NCBI GenBank assembly: GCA_963700285.1
Contig: CAVOXA010000010.1
Location: forward strand, 1,664,001-1,728,000
Direction: 5' to 3'
DNA length: 64,000 nt
From: an uncultured Chloroflexia bacterium
Lineage (GTDB): Bacteria > Chloroflexota > Anaerolineae > JAAYZQ01
Shown here piece by piece: positions 1-8,857 of this stretch. A model generated the notes under the pieces. That model did not search any database, was not told where the DNA came from, and saw nothing but the letters and a program-made list of their open reading frames with translations. Every line of letters begins with the position of its first letter. Positions within the stretch are counted from its first letter, which is position 1. A program made the position numbers and the translations under genes.

Positions 1-2874
1 ATCCTGCTGTCACGGGCGCCGCCGACGGAACCATCTGGATCGCGTGGGTTTCCTACCGCACTGGCACCGACGAGATCTGGTACAAGACGCGGAACCCCAG
101 GCACCGGCGTCTGGTCGGCTGACACCCAGTTGACCGCTGGTACGGACGAGAATTATGATCCTACGATCGCCCAGGCGGCGGACGGCAAGATCTGGGTCGT
201 CTGGGAATGGGACGGGGTGCTGGTCTACAGGACGACGTCCAACGGCGGCGCCTCCTGGTCGGCCGTGGCCGAGATCGACGGCGACTGCTGTCCCTGGGCG
301 CCCAGCCTGGCCCGGGCCGGGGATGGCTCCCTGTGGCTGGCCAGTGTCGACTACTCACAGATAGCCCAGCAGACCAGCGGCGACGACGGGGCGACCTGGT
401 CCACCCGCCACCCCTGGACCCGGTTCGAGGGCTGGGACCAGGCTCCCTATCTGGCGGCGCTGGATGGCGGCAGGCTGGCGCTGGTCTGGGAATCAGAGCG
501 CAGTGAGAATGACGACATCTGGTTCGGCATCTTGGGGGAACGCGAGGATCTCAACCCACCGCCCAAAGTGAAAAGGTTGGAGCACGAGCCCGCCGGCCCG
601 GCGCCAGGCGAGGTGGTGACCTTCCGGGCCTATGCCGAGGACGAGACGGCGGTGGACACCGTCCACCTGGTCTGGGAGCTCAACGGCGCCCCGCAAGCAG
701 ACGTGGAGATGTACGACGACGGCGCGCACAACGACTATGGCGCTGGCGATGGCTGGTATGGGGTGCAGGCGGGCCCCTTTGCCCTGGATGATGAAGTGAG
801 CTATTCCGCCCGGGCCAGCGACGGGGACGGCAATACCTACACCCGCCCCTGGTGGGAAAGCTTCTTGGTCGTCGAGCCCTTTGTCAAAACGGCGGATCTG
901 CTGTTCATACCGGACTATGACGGCGAGAGCACGGACTGGTTCCGGACCTACTTTACGGATGCCCTGGACGATCTGGGCCGCGACTATGACCTGTGGGACA
1001 CGGGGCTGCGAGGCGCGCCGGGTGGCCCCACCCTGAACCAGTACGTGGATGGGGTCGTGATCTGGGCCGCCCCGGACTGGGGCTTCTTCCGCGAGAACGA
1101 CGTCCAGGATGATCTGGCAGCCTACCTGGATGCCGGGGGCAGGCTATTCATCACCGGCCAGGATATCGGCTACTATGAAGGCCTGTCAGCCTTCTACCAG
1201 AACTACCTCCATGCCACCTATGTCCAGGACGATACCAATCTCTATGCCCTGAGCGGACAGGCTGGTGACCCTGTCGGCGACGGGCTGGCACTGTCCATTT
1301 CCGGTGGGGACGGGGCGGACAACCAGGATTCGCCGGACGAGATCGACCCTGTCAGCCCGGCTGTGACGGTCCTGACCTACGACAGCACGGCGCTGCAGGC
1401 CCGTGATGCAGTAGAGGAGACCCGGCCAGACCCGCCCGAGGATCGGCCTGAACCTCGCGGGGCAAGAAGGGACGATGGACGACCGCAGTCAAGGGCCGCG
1501 TCCGCCGGAAGCGCCAGCCCGCTGGAGAACATCTCCTCGGGGACGGCGGGCCTGCGGGTGGATACCGGCATCTACAGGGTCGTCTACTTTTCCTTCGGCT
1601 TTGAAGCCATCAACAGCGCCGCAGACCGCAACACGACCATGGAGCGGGTGCTGGACTGGCTCGGCGTCTGTGAGGCTTCTCACAGCCTGGCACCGGACTG
1701 GACGCTGCTGGCGCCCAACGTGGATACCGATCCCGCCACCGATGCCGAGGCGGCCCGGTCCGAGGTCGCCGCCCAGGGGGGCAACGCCCTGCAACTGTGC
1801 GCCTGGCTCGGCGGCACCCAGAACTGGCTGTGCTACGATGGGGATCCGCCGGGCAACAACTTTCCCATCGAGTTGGGACAGGGCTACTTTTTCCAGGTGG
1901 ACACGGCCAGCACCTGGCAGCGCACGGGGCAGGCCCCGGGCAGCCCCGTGCCGGTGGACATCAGGCCCACCTGGAGCCTCGTAGGTATCCCCAGGTTGCC
2001 GGGGCTCATGACGGCCGAGGACCTGCTGGACGAGGCCACGGGCCAGGGTGGGGCCTGCACCGAGCTGTACCGCTGGCAGGCAGGCGGATGGGTGGGGCAT
2101 GCCCGGGGGCTGCCTTTCAACAACTTTGGCCTGACCAACAACGAAGGCTACTTTGCCCGGTGCGCGAGTGCCACGACCTACATACCCGGCGCGGCCGCCA
2201 CACAGGCCCAGCCAGAGAGCTGGCCTGCAATGGTGGAGCAAGAGACCCTGGCGCCGGTCGCCGATCCCACCATCTCCGATATCCAGGTCACCAACCGTCG
2301 CGACGTGGCCCTGACCATCACCTGGCTCACCGACCAGCCGAGCACCGGCTGGGTGGAGTACGGCGACACCCCAGCCCTGGGCCAGACGGCTTACGACGAT
2401 AAGGGCGAGGGCACCGTCTCGCAGGCGCACCATGTCACGCTCACCGGGCTGACACCCGAGACCACCTACGACTTCCGCGTCCATTCCGGAGAGACGATAG
2501 ACGACAACGACGGGGCGCTGTACCAGGTCACGACCAGGGCGACGGAGCTGCCGCCCACGCCCTACCTGGCCTACGGGCGGGTGGAGACGGCTGAGGGTGC
2601 TCCGGCAGTAGGGGCGCTGGTGCGGGTGTGGTTGGTGGATGAGGCAGGCAACGAGGCCGAGCCAGTATCGGCCCTGGTTGATGGCTATGGCTATTGGTCC
2701 CTCAGTCTGCCAGTGGACCGGTGCAAGGATCTGCAGGTCAAGCTGCAGGTTACCGGCCGACAGGGCAGCAGTGCGGAGATCACCCAGCCGGCGTGCGAGG
2801 TCAAGCCGGCCCCAACGGTGGTCGCTGGGGTGAAGGGCGGCGCGGGTGTGTACCTGCCCATCGTGATGCGGTAG
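1..2874 (+). CDS. Large secreted/surface protein, paralog 1 (5'-partial): BNR/sialidase-like repeats, choice-of-anchor-X-like domain, shared C-terminal module with FN3 and YLPIVMR tail
   Basis: ORF 130..2874. Similar repeats continue upstream to base 1 (AADGTIWIAWVSYRTGTDEIWYK) across apparent indels. Contains Asp-box SxxGGxTW motifs, MYDDGAHNDYGAGDGWYG, FN3-like ITWxTDQPSTGWVEYG..HHVTLTGLTPETTY, and ends VYLPIVMR. Confidence 0.8.
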   Translation: MLLSRAPPTEPSGSRGFPTALAPTRSGTRRGTPGTGVWSADTQLTAGTDENYDPTIAQAADGKIWVVWEWDGVLVYRTTSNGGASWSAVAEIDGDCCPWAPSLARAGDGSLWLASVDYSQIAQQTSGDDGATWSTRHPWTRFEGWDQAPYLAALDGGRLALVWESERSENDDIWFGILGEREDLNPPPKVKRLEHEPAGPAPGEVVTFRAYAEDETAVDTVHLVWELNGAPQADVEMYDDGAHNDYGAGDGWYGVQAGPFALDDEVSYSARASDGDGNTYTRPWWESFLVVEPFVKTADLLFIPDYDGESTDWFRTYFTDALDDLGRDYDLWDTGLRGAPGGPTLNQYVDGVVIWAAPDWGFFRENDVQDDLAAYLDAGGRLFITGQDIGYYEGLSAFYQNYLHATYVQDDTNLYALSGQAGDPVGDGLALSISGGDGADNQDSPDEIDPVSPAVTVLTYDSTALQARDAVEETRPDPPEDRPEPRGARRDDGRPQSRAASAGSASPLENISSGTAGLRVDTGIYRVVYFSFGFEAINSAADRNTTMERVLDWLGVCEASHSLAPDWTLLAPNVDTDPATDAEAARSEVAAQGGNALQLCAWLGGTQNWLCYDGDPPGNNFPIELGQGYFFQVDTASTWQRTGQAPGSPVPVDIRPTWSLVGIPRLPGLMTAEDLLDEATGQGGACTELYRWQAGGWVGHARGLPFNNFGLTNNEGYFARCASATTYIPGAAATQAQPESWPAMVEQETLAPVADPTISDIQVTNRRDVALTITWLTDQPSTGWVEYGDTPALGQTAYDDKGEGTVSQAHHVTLTGLTPETTYDFRVHSGETIDDNDGALYQVTTRATELPPTPYLAYGRVETAEGAPAVGALVRVWLVDEAGNEAEPVSALVDGYGYWSLSLPVDRCKDLQVKLQVTGRQGSSAEITQPACEVKPAPTVVAGVKGGAGVYLPIVMR

Positions 2875-2968
2875 AGGCTGCGCGCTGTGTAGATACCGAT
2901 CCGGTTGGGAAGTCTCAAGGCCGCTGTGGCTACCTTTCCTTCGGAGGTGAGGTGAGAGGGGGCAAGCT

Positions 2969-5900
2969 GTGAGATCTAGCCTGGTTCTGCTATGCCTGCT
3001 AGTGGCAATTGGCTTGTTTGGGGCTGAATCTGCGGCAACGGTCCACCGGGTCGGGTCCAGCCCGCTTGTTGAGGCCCAGGTGGAGCGGCTGCCTTCTGGC
3101 TCGGATCCCCTCCGTCTGTGGCGGGATGAGGACGGGGACCTATGGGTCGCGACCTCATTCTATGAGTGGAACATCACCGGTGGAGATCGTATCACGGTCT
3201 TTGACGGGGGCCAGAGGTATGATTGGGTCCCCGACCCCAAACAGGAGGCAAGTGATAGGGTCGTCGACGCCTTGTTTCTGTCCCCGGCAGACGGCGTGCC
3301 CATTGCTGGCCGCATCGTCTATGATCTGTCTGACGAAGCGGTGGTCTATCTTGAACGCAGTGCCCCGGACGCTGAGGGTCTGGAGCTGGCCTTTCGCGCC
3401 AGCGACGGCATAATCCGGATGACACATCGTTGGCGAGGCAAGGATGCGCCGGTCGAGGTCAGCCAGAAGCCGATAGCACTGACCATGGATCGGACCTCAT
3501 TGCAGGACCTAAGTGGTTCGTTCGCCGCGGGCCGGAGAACTGGGGCAAGGTCCTACAGGCATGCTGGTCGCTATGCAGCCGATTCGGGACAGGGCTACAG
3601 CATGCTGACAGCCGAAGGACAGACGCCGGGCCCCCTGCCACCCGATGAGCCTACCTGTCCTTCAATGCCCAACCCCACATCGCCCTCGGCCTACGATCCC
3701 TGCCGTTTCCCCCACTTTTTTCTGCCAGGAGCTGTGCTGGGCAGCCGCTACCTCTACCTCTATGGTGCGCAGCCGGAGGCGCCGCTTGAGCCGCTCGAGG
3801 CGGTCGTGGCCGCCCTGCAACTGGAGCAGCCTGACCTGGACGCGCTCAACATCGCCCGGTTGCCGCGCTACGACTATGATGCGGCCAAGAACCTGCCCGC
3901 GCCCGGGGATCAGGTCACCTTCGAGGCCCGGGTGGCCAACTATGGGGGGCAGGCCACGGGCGAATTCGCCTATACCTGGTACCTGGATGGCACGCCGGTG
4001 ATGTCAACGAGCCGTCCGAGCCTGGCCCCTGGGGAGACCGCCACGTTGGCCATCAACTGGATCTGGCAGCCCGGCAACCATACCGTGAGCCTGGAACTCG
4101 ATCCAAGTAACCTGATAACGGAGGTCTCTGAGCAGAACAATTCAGTGGAAGACAGGACCAATGCCCTGGCCGTTGGCTTCTGGGTCGAGCAGAGTGTCTA
4201 CGATTATTTCAACCTGCACCAGGTGGAGCTGGGGTTGGGCAGTGTATCGTGGGATGATTGGGCGCAGAGGCAGCTTCGGCTCTGGAACCAGATGATGGCC
4301 GATGCCATCCATCCCCTGACCCCACAGGGTATCCTGGACCGCGTCCGTCTGGACAAAGTCACGGTTGTGCCCGACGGCACCCTGCCCAATCCATATCCCT
4401 CCAACTATCCCGAAACCAGCGACCATACAGTCGACCTGATGTGGGGTTTCCCCTCAGAGCTGGTAGGGGTGCCCAGTACCCATCCTCAGTACGGCCCTCT
4501 CTATCTGGACTATCCCGCGGCGTGCAACTTTGAGCCCAGCCTGTTGCATGAGATGAGCCATGCCCGCTACCTGATAGACCTGTACGGCCTGAACCTTGGC
4601 TTCAGTACGACCCATTTGGCGAGCGCGATAGACAGCACAGCCACCACGGTGCCGGTAGACGGAAACGTCGAGGACAACTACGGCTGGCCCGTGCCGACTT
4701 ACCTGGCGGTCGAAGGAGAGTTGATTGTCTGTCAGGCAAAAGGAACCTACTCTTTCACACCCTGCACGCGGGGAGCTGAGGGCACGACACCGCGATCCCA
4801 TGGCGAGGGCGCGATTGTCAACCTGGCCGCGGTGCGACTGCAGGATGGAGCGGGCAACCTGGTCATGGCTGGACCCGACATGCCGCTGGTCAGCATCTAC
4901 GACGATCATCTATACTACAACCGCTACCCCGACGACCTGATGAACTCAGGGGTGGTCTACGAGCAGTATTCTGCCTATGCCTGGAACAGAATTGCCGGCC
5001 GGCGTCCCATCTGCGGGAACTATAACGCCCCATGCAACATCGGCGAATACGCCAATGACCTGCCCCAACACATCATCTTGACCATCCGCGATGACAACGA
5101 ACAACCCGTACCGGACGCCGCGGTGGAGGTCTACCAGGCCAAGCCGGGCACCGGCTGGTACGCCAAGCTCTATCTCAATGCTCCTGATGCTGCGTACCAG
5201 ACGGATGCGCAGGGGAACGTAGATCTGGGGAGCTTTCCCTTTGGTTCTGCACCGCCCATCGTTCACACCTACGGCCACAGCAACGCCCTCCTCTTGCTCA
5301 AGATCACCCATGGTTCTGGGCCCGAATATCGTTTCTTTGAGGTGACTGTGCCCAACGAGACCTACTGGGGGATGCTAGGGCAAGTGAGCGACGGCACTGG
5401 GGCGGACTTCGCCCCGGCTCTGGTCCGGGCCGGAATGGCCGAGCTTCTCAGCATCTGGGAGCAGGAAGGCACGCTGTGGACCGCCCGCAGCATAAACTGG
5501 GGCGCCACTTGGTCAGCCGCCACACAGTTGGAGGGCTGCTGCCATTATGATCCAGCCCTTGCTCAGCTAGCTGACGACAGCCTGGCGCTCGTCTACCGGT
5601 GGAATGATGACATCTGGTTCCGCACAAGCACTGACGGCGGCCTGAACTGGTCGTCGCCTGTTCGGGTCACCGACCATCCGGCACTGGATCAGGACCCGGA
5701 CATAGCCCCAATGGCGGATGGTTCGCTCTGGATCGTCTGGCAGTCACTAAGAGACGGGCATGACGGCATCTGGTACAGCAGGAGCACCGATGGCGGCAGT
5801 TTGTGGTCACCGCCAGCCGAGATTCCCAACGATGCGGATTGGCAGGGCGACCCATCCATCGTCCAGGCCAGTGATGGCACGATCTGGGTCGTCTGGTTCC

Positions 5901-8626
5901 GAGCATATGGACTGGCCTACAGTGCGACCGCGAACGGAGGCCAGGACTGGACACCGCCGGCGTTTCTGGATGCAGGCGGGCCCATCGGCTCACCGAGCAT
6001 CCGGCGCGCTGTCGATGGCACCCTATGGCTCGCCTACAAGGTCGTGTACCTCATGGCCGATCGATGGCGCTCGCACATCTACTACCAGACCAGCACTGAC
6101 AACGGGAGTACCTGGTCCGGGCCACAACAGTACACCTACTTTGTCGGAGACAACAGCGGCCCGGCATTGGCCCCCATGGACACGCGCATGGGCCTGGCCT
6201 GGGATTCCACCCGGGCCAACAACTATGACATCTGGTTCGGCGTGTTTGGCGAGCGCGAGGATGTCAGCCCGCCGCCGTTTGTGAGTAGCGTCGAGCGCGA
6301 GCCCACCGATCCGGCACCGGCCGAGTTGGTGACCTTCCGGGCCAGTGCAGAAGATGAGACGGCGGTGAGCAGCGTCCACCTGGTCTGGGAACTGAATGGC
6401 GCCCCGCAGGCAGACGTGGAGATGTATGACGACGGCGCCCACGGCGATGACGGCCCTGGAGACGGCCGGTATGGGGTACAACTGGGACCTTTTGCCCAGG
6501 GTGACGAAGTGAGCTATACCGTCAGGGCCGGCGATGGGGACGGCAATACCTACACCCATTCTCCGTGGGAGACGTTTCGGGCCATCGAGCCTTTTGTCAA
6601 GACGGCGAATCTTCTGTTCGTGCCGGACCGCGACGGCGAAAGCACGGACTGGCTCCGCCCCTACTTTTCTGATACCCTGGACGATCTGGGCTATGGCTAT
6701 GACGTGTGGGACACGGGGCTGCGAGGTGCACCGGATAGCCCCACCCTGAACCAGTACGTGGATGGGGTCGTGATCTGGGCCGCCCCGGACTATGGCCTCT
6801 TCCGGGAAAACGACGTACAGGATGATCTGGCAGCCTACCTGGATGCCGGGGGCAGGCTGTTTATCACCGGTCAGGACATCGGCTACTATGAAGGCGCCTC
6901 AGCCTTCTATCAGGATTACCTCCATGCCACCTACGTCCAGGACAACACCGGCATCTGGACCCTGAGCGGGACCGGCGGCGATCCCATTGGTGATGGGCTT
7001 GGCCTCACCATTTCGGGTGGAGACGGGGCGGACAATCAGGATTGGCCGGACGAGATTGACCCTGTCAGCCCGGCTGTGACTGTCTTGACCTACGACAGCA
7101 CAGCGCTGCAGGCACCCGATGCAGAAGGCGAAACCCGGCCAGAACTGTCTGGACGAACAGGGGACGATAGACGACCCTCGTCCCGTGCCGGGTCGGCCGG
7201 GACCGCCAGCCCGCTGGGAACTGCTTCCTCGGGGACCGCAGGCCTGCGGGTGGATACCGGCACCTACAAGGTCGTCTACTTTTCCTTCGGCTTTGAGGCC
7301 ATCAACAGCGCCGCCGACCGCAGCACGACCATGGAGCGGGTGTTGGACTGGCTCAGCACCGATACGGCCTCTCACAGCCTGGTGTCCGACTGGACGCTTC
7401 TGGCGCCCAACGTGGCCACCGATCCTCCCACCGATGCCCAGTCAGCCCGGTTTGAGGTGGCCGCCCAGGGGGGCAGCGCCCTGCAACTCTGCGCCTGGCT
7501 CGCGGACACCCAGAATTGGTTGTGCTACGATGGGGATCCGCCTGCCAACAACTTCCCCATCGAGCTGGGCCAGGGCTACTTCCTCCAGCTGGTCCGGGCC
7601 AGCACCTGGCAGCGCACGGGAGATGCCCCGGGCAGCCCCGTGCCGGTGGATATCAGACCTACCTGGACGCTGATGGGCATGCCCAAACTGCCGGGGCCCA
7701 TGACAGCCGAGAGCCTGCTCGACGAGGCCACGGGCCAGGGTGGGGCCTGCTCCGAACTCTATCGCTGGCAAGCCGGCGGATGGGTCGGGCACATCCGGAA
7801 TCTGCCCTTCAACGACTTTGGCCTGACCAACAATGAAGGCTACTTTGCCCGGTGCGCGAATCCTATCACCTACACGCCCGGCGCGGGTACCTCGCAGGCG
7901 CAAGCGGCTGGCTGGCCGGCCCCCGTGGAGCCGGAGGCCCTGGCTCCCATCGATGATCCTGTCCTCTCTGACGTGCTGGTGACCAACCTGCGCGACGTCG
8001 CCCTGAGCATCACCTGGCGGACAGACCAGCCCAGCACCGGTTGGGTCGAGTATGCACCGTGCCAGGACTGCCAGTCCTATCGTGCCGACGACGATCTGGG
8101 GGAGGGGACGGTTTCGCAGGTGCACCACGTGACGCTGACCGGGCTGGCGCCCGAGACCACCTACTCCTTTCGTGTGCACTCGGGCTACTCGGTGGACGAC
8201 AACGACGGGGCGCTCTATCAGGTCACGACCAAAGAGACCGGCATGCCGCCGATCCCCTACCTGGCCTACGGTCAGGTGGAGACGGTTGACGGGACGCCAG
8301 AGGCTGGCGTGCCAGCTGTGGGCGCGTTGGTACGGATGTGGCTGGTAGATGGGGATGGCAAGCCGTCCGACCCGCTGTCGACGCTGGTCGACGGCTATGG
8401 CTACTGGTCCCTGAACCTTCGTTCAGGTACGGACCTGCCCACGCAGAACTGTGACAAAGTGGCGTTGAGACTGGAGGTCGTCGGCCCAATGGGTAGCGAG
8501 GCCGGCTGGGTCCAGAATGCGTGTGATGTGCTGCCTGCATCAAGGATAATGCTACTGGGGGAGAGCACCATCCGCCTATACCTGCCCACAATCCTGCGAC
8601 CGTCTCCAAAGTCCTACAGCCGCTGA
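2969..8626 (+). CDS. Large secreted multidomain protein, paralog 2: CARDB Ig, HExxH metallopeptidase-like region, BNR propeller, choice-of-anchor-X-like domain, shared C-terminal module
   Basis: 1885-aa ORF with signal peptide. CARDB-like ELDPSNLITEVSEQNN, HEMSHARYLIDLY and DLMNSG, several STDGGxxWS Asp-boxes, ends LYLPTILR. The C-terminal ~750 aa align with paralog 1. Confidence 0.85.
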   Translation: MRSSLVLLCLLVAIGLFGAESAATVHRVGSSPLVEAQVERLPSGSDPLRLWRDEDGDLWVATSFYEWNITGGDRITVFDGGQRYDWVPDPKQEASDRVVDALFLSPADGVPIAGRIVYDLSDEAVVYLERSAPDAEGLELAFRASDGIIRMTHRWRGKDAPVEVSQKPIALTMDRTSLQDLSGSFAAGRRTGARSYRHAGRYAADSGQGYSMLTAEGQTPGPLPPDEPTCPSMPNPTSPSAYDPCRFPHFFLPGAVLGSRYLYLYGAQPEAPLEPLEAVVAALQLEQPDLDALNIARLPRYDYDAAKNLPAPGDQVTFEARVANYGGQATGEFAYTWYLDGTPVMSTSRPSLAPGETATLAINWIWQPGNHTVSLELDPSNLITEVSEQNNSVEDRTNALAVGFWVEQSVYDYFNLHQVELGLGSVSWDDWAQRQLRLWNQMMADAIHPLTPQGILDRVRLDKVTVVPDGTLPNPYPSNYPETSDHTVDLMWGFPSELVGVPSTHPQYGPLYLDYPAACNFEPSLLHEMSHARYLIDLYGLNLGFSTTHLASAIDSTATTVPVDGNVEDNYGWPVPTYLAVEGELIVCQAKGTYSFTPCTRGAEGTTPRSHGEGAIVNLAAVRLQDGAGNLVMAGPDMPLVSIYDDHLYYNRYPDDLMNSGVVYEQYSAYAWNRIAGRRPICGNYNAPCNIGEYANDLPQHIILTIRDDNEQPVPDAAVEVYQAKPGTGWYAKLYLNAPDAAYQTDAQGNVDLGSFPFGSAPPIVHTYGHSNALLLLKITHGSGPEYRFFEVTVPNETYWGMLGQVSDGTGADFAPALVRAGMAELLSIWEQEGTLWTARSINWGATWSAATQLEGCCHYDPALAQLADDSLALVYRWNDDIWFRTSTDGGLNWSSPVRVTDHPALDQDPDIAPMADGSLWIVWQSLRDGHDGIWYSRSTDGGSLWSPPAEIPNDADWQGDPSIVQASDGTIWVVWFRAYGLAYSATANGGQDWTPPAFLDAGGPIGSPSIRRAVDGTLWLAYKVVYLMADRWRSHIYYQTSTDNGSTWSGPQQYTYFVGDNSGPALAPMDTRMGLAWDSTRANNYDIWFGVFGEREDVSPPPFVSSVEREPTDPAPAELVTFRASAEDETAVSSVHLVWELNGAPQADVEMYDDGAHGDDGPGDGRYGVQLGPFAQGDEVSYTVRAGDGDGNTYTHSPWETFRAIEPFVKTANLLFVPDRDGESTDWLRPYFSDTLDDLGYGYDVWDTGLRGAPDSPTLNQYVDGVVIWAAPDYGLFRENDVQDDLAAYLDAGGRLFITGQDIGYYEGASAFYQDYLHATYVQDNTGIWTLSGTGGDPIGDGLGLTISGGDGADNQDWPDEIDPVSPAVTVLTYDSTALQAPDAEGETRPELSGRTGDDRRPSSRAGSAGTASPLGTASSGTAGLRVDTGTYKVVYFSFGFEAINSAADRSTTMERVLDWLSTDTASHSLVSDWTLLAPNVATDPPTDAQSARFEVAAQGGSALQLCAWLADTQNWLCYDGDPPANNFPIELGQGYFLQLVRASTWQRTGDAPGSPVPVDIRPTWTLMGMPKLPGPMTAESLLDEATGQGGACSELYRWQAGGWVGHIRNLPFNDFGLTNNEGYFARCANPITYTPGAGTSQAQAAGWPAPVEPEALAPIDDPVLSDVLVTNLRDVALSITWRTDQPSTGWVEYAPCQDCQSYRADDDLGEGTVSQVHHVTLTGLAPETTYSFRVHSGYSVDDNDGALYQVTTKETGMPPIPYLAYGQVETVDGTPEAGVPAVGALVRMWLVDGDGKPSDPLSTLVDGYGYWSLNLRSGTDLPTQNCDKVALRLEVVGPMGSEAGWVQNACDVLPASRIMLLGESTIRLYLPTILRPSPKSYSR

Positions 8627-8633
8627 ATCCCAA

Positions 8634-8667
8634 AAGAGGACCCCGGTCAGAGCTGGCCGGGGTTCTT
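8634..8667 (+). terminator. Stem-loop after paralog 2
   Basis: AAGAGGACCCCGGTCAG-A-GCTGGCCGGGGTTCTT inverted repeat just after the stop codon. Confidence 0.55.
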
Positions 8668-8761
8668 GATGGGACGCATCCCTTCGCTCCGTCGCCACCA
8701 ACTTGCTGCCTGGATCCCTCACAATCCCCTTTCGTCTGCGTGCCTAGAGATTTCCCCCAGT

Positions 8762-8789
8762 TTGACAAGGGACAGAAGGCAGCTATACT
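8762..8789 (+). promoter_or_regulatory. Sigma70-type promoter
   Basis: TTGACA-16nt-TATACT upstream of the radical SAM gene. Confidence 0.65.
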
Positions 8790-8857
8790 CTGGTCAGCTC
8801 CAGCCATCGATAACCATTCCGCAAAGCCGGGATGGTTTCGGGAAGCAGAAACAGACC

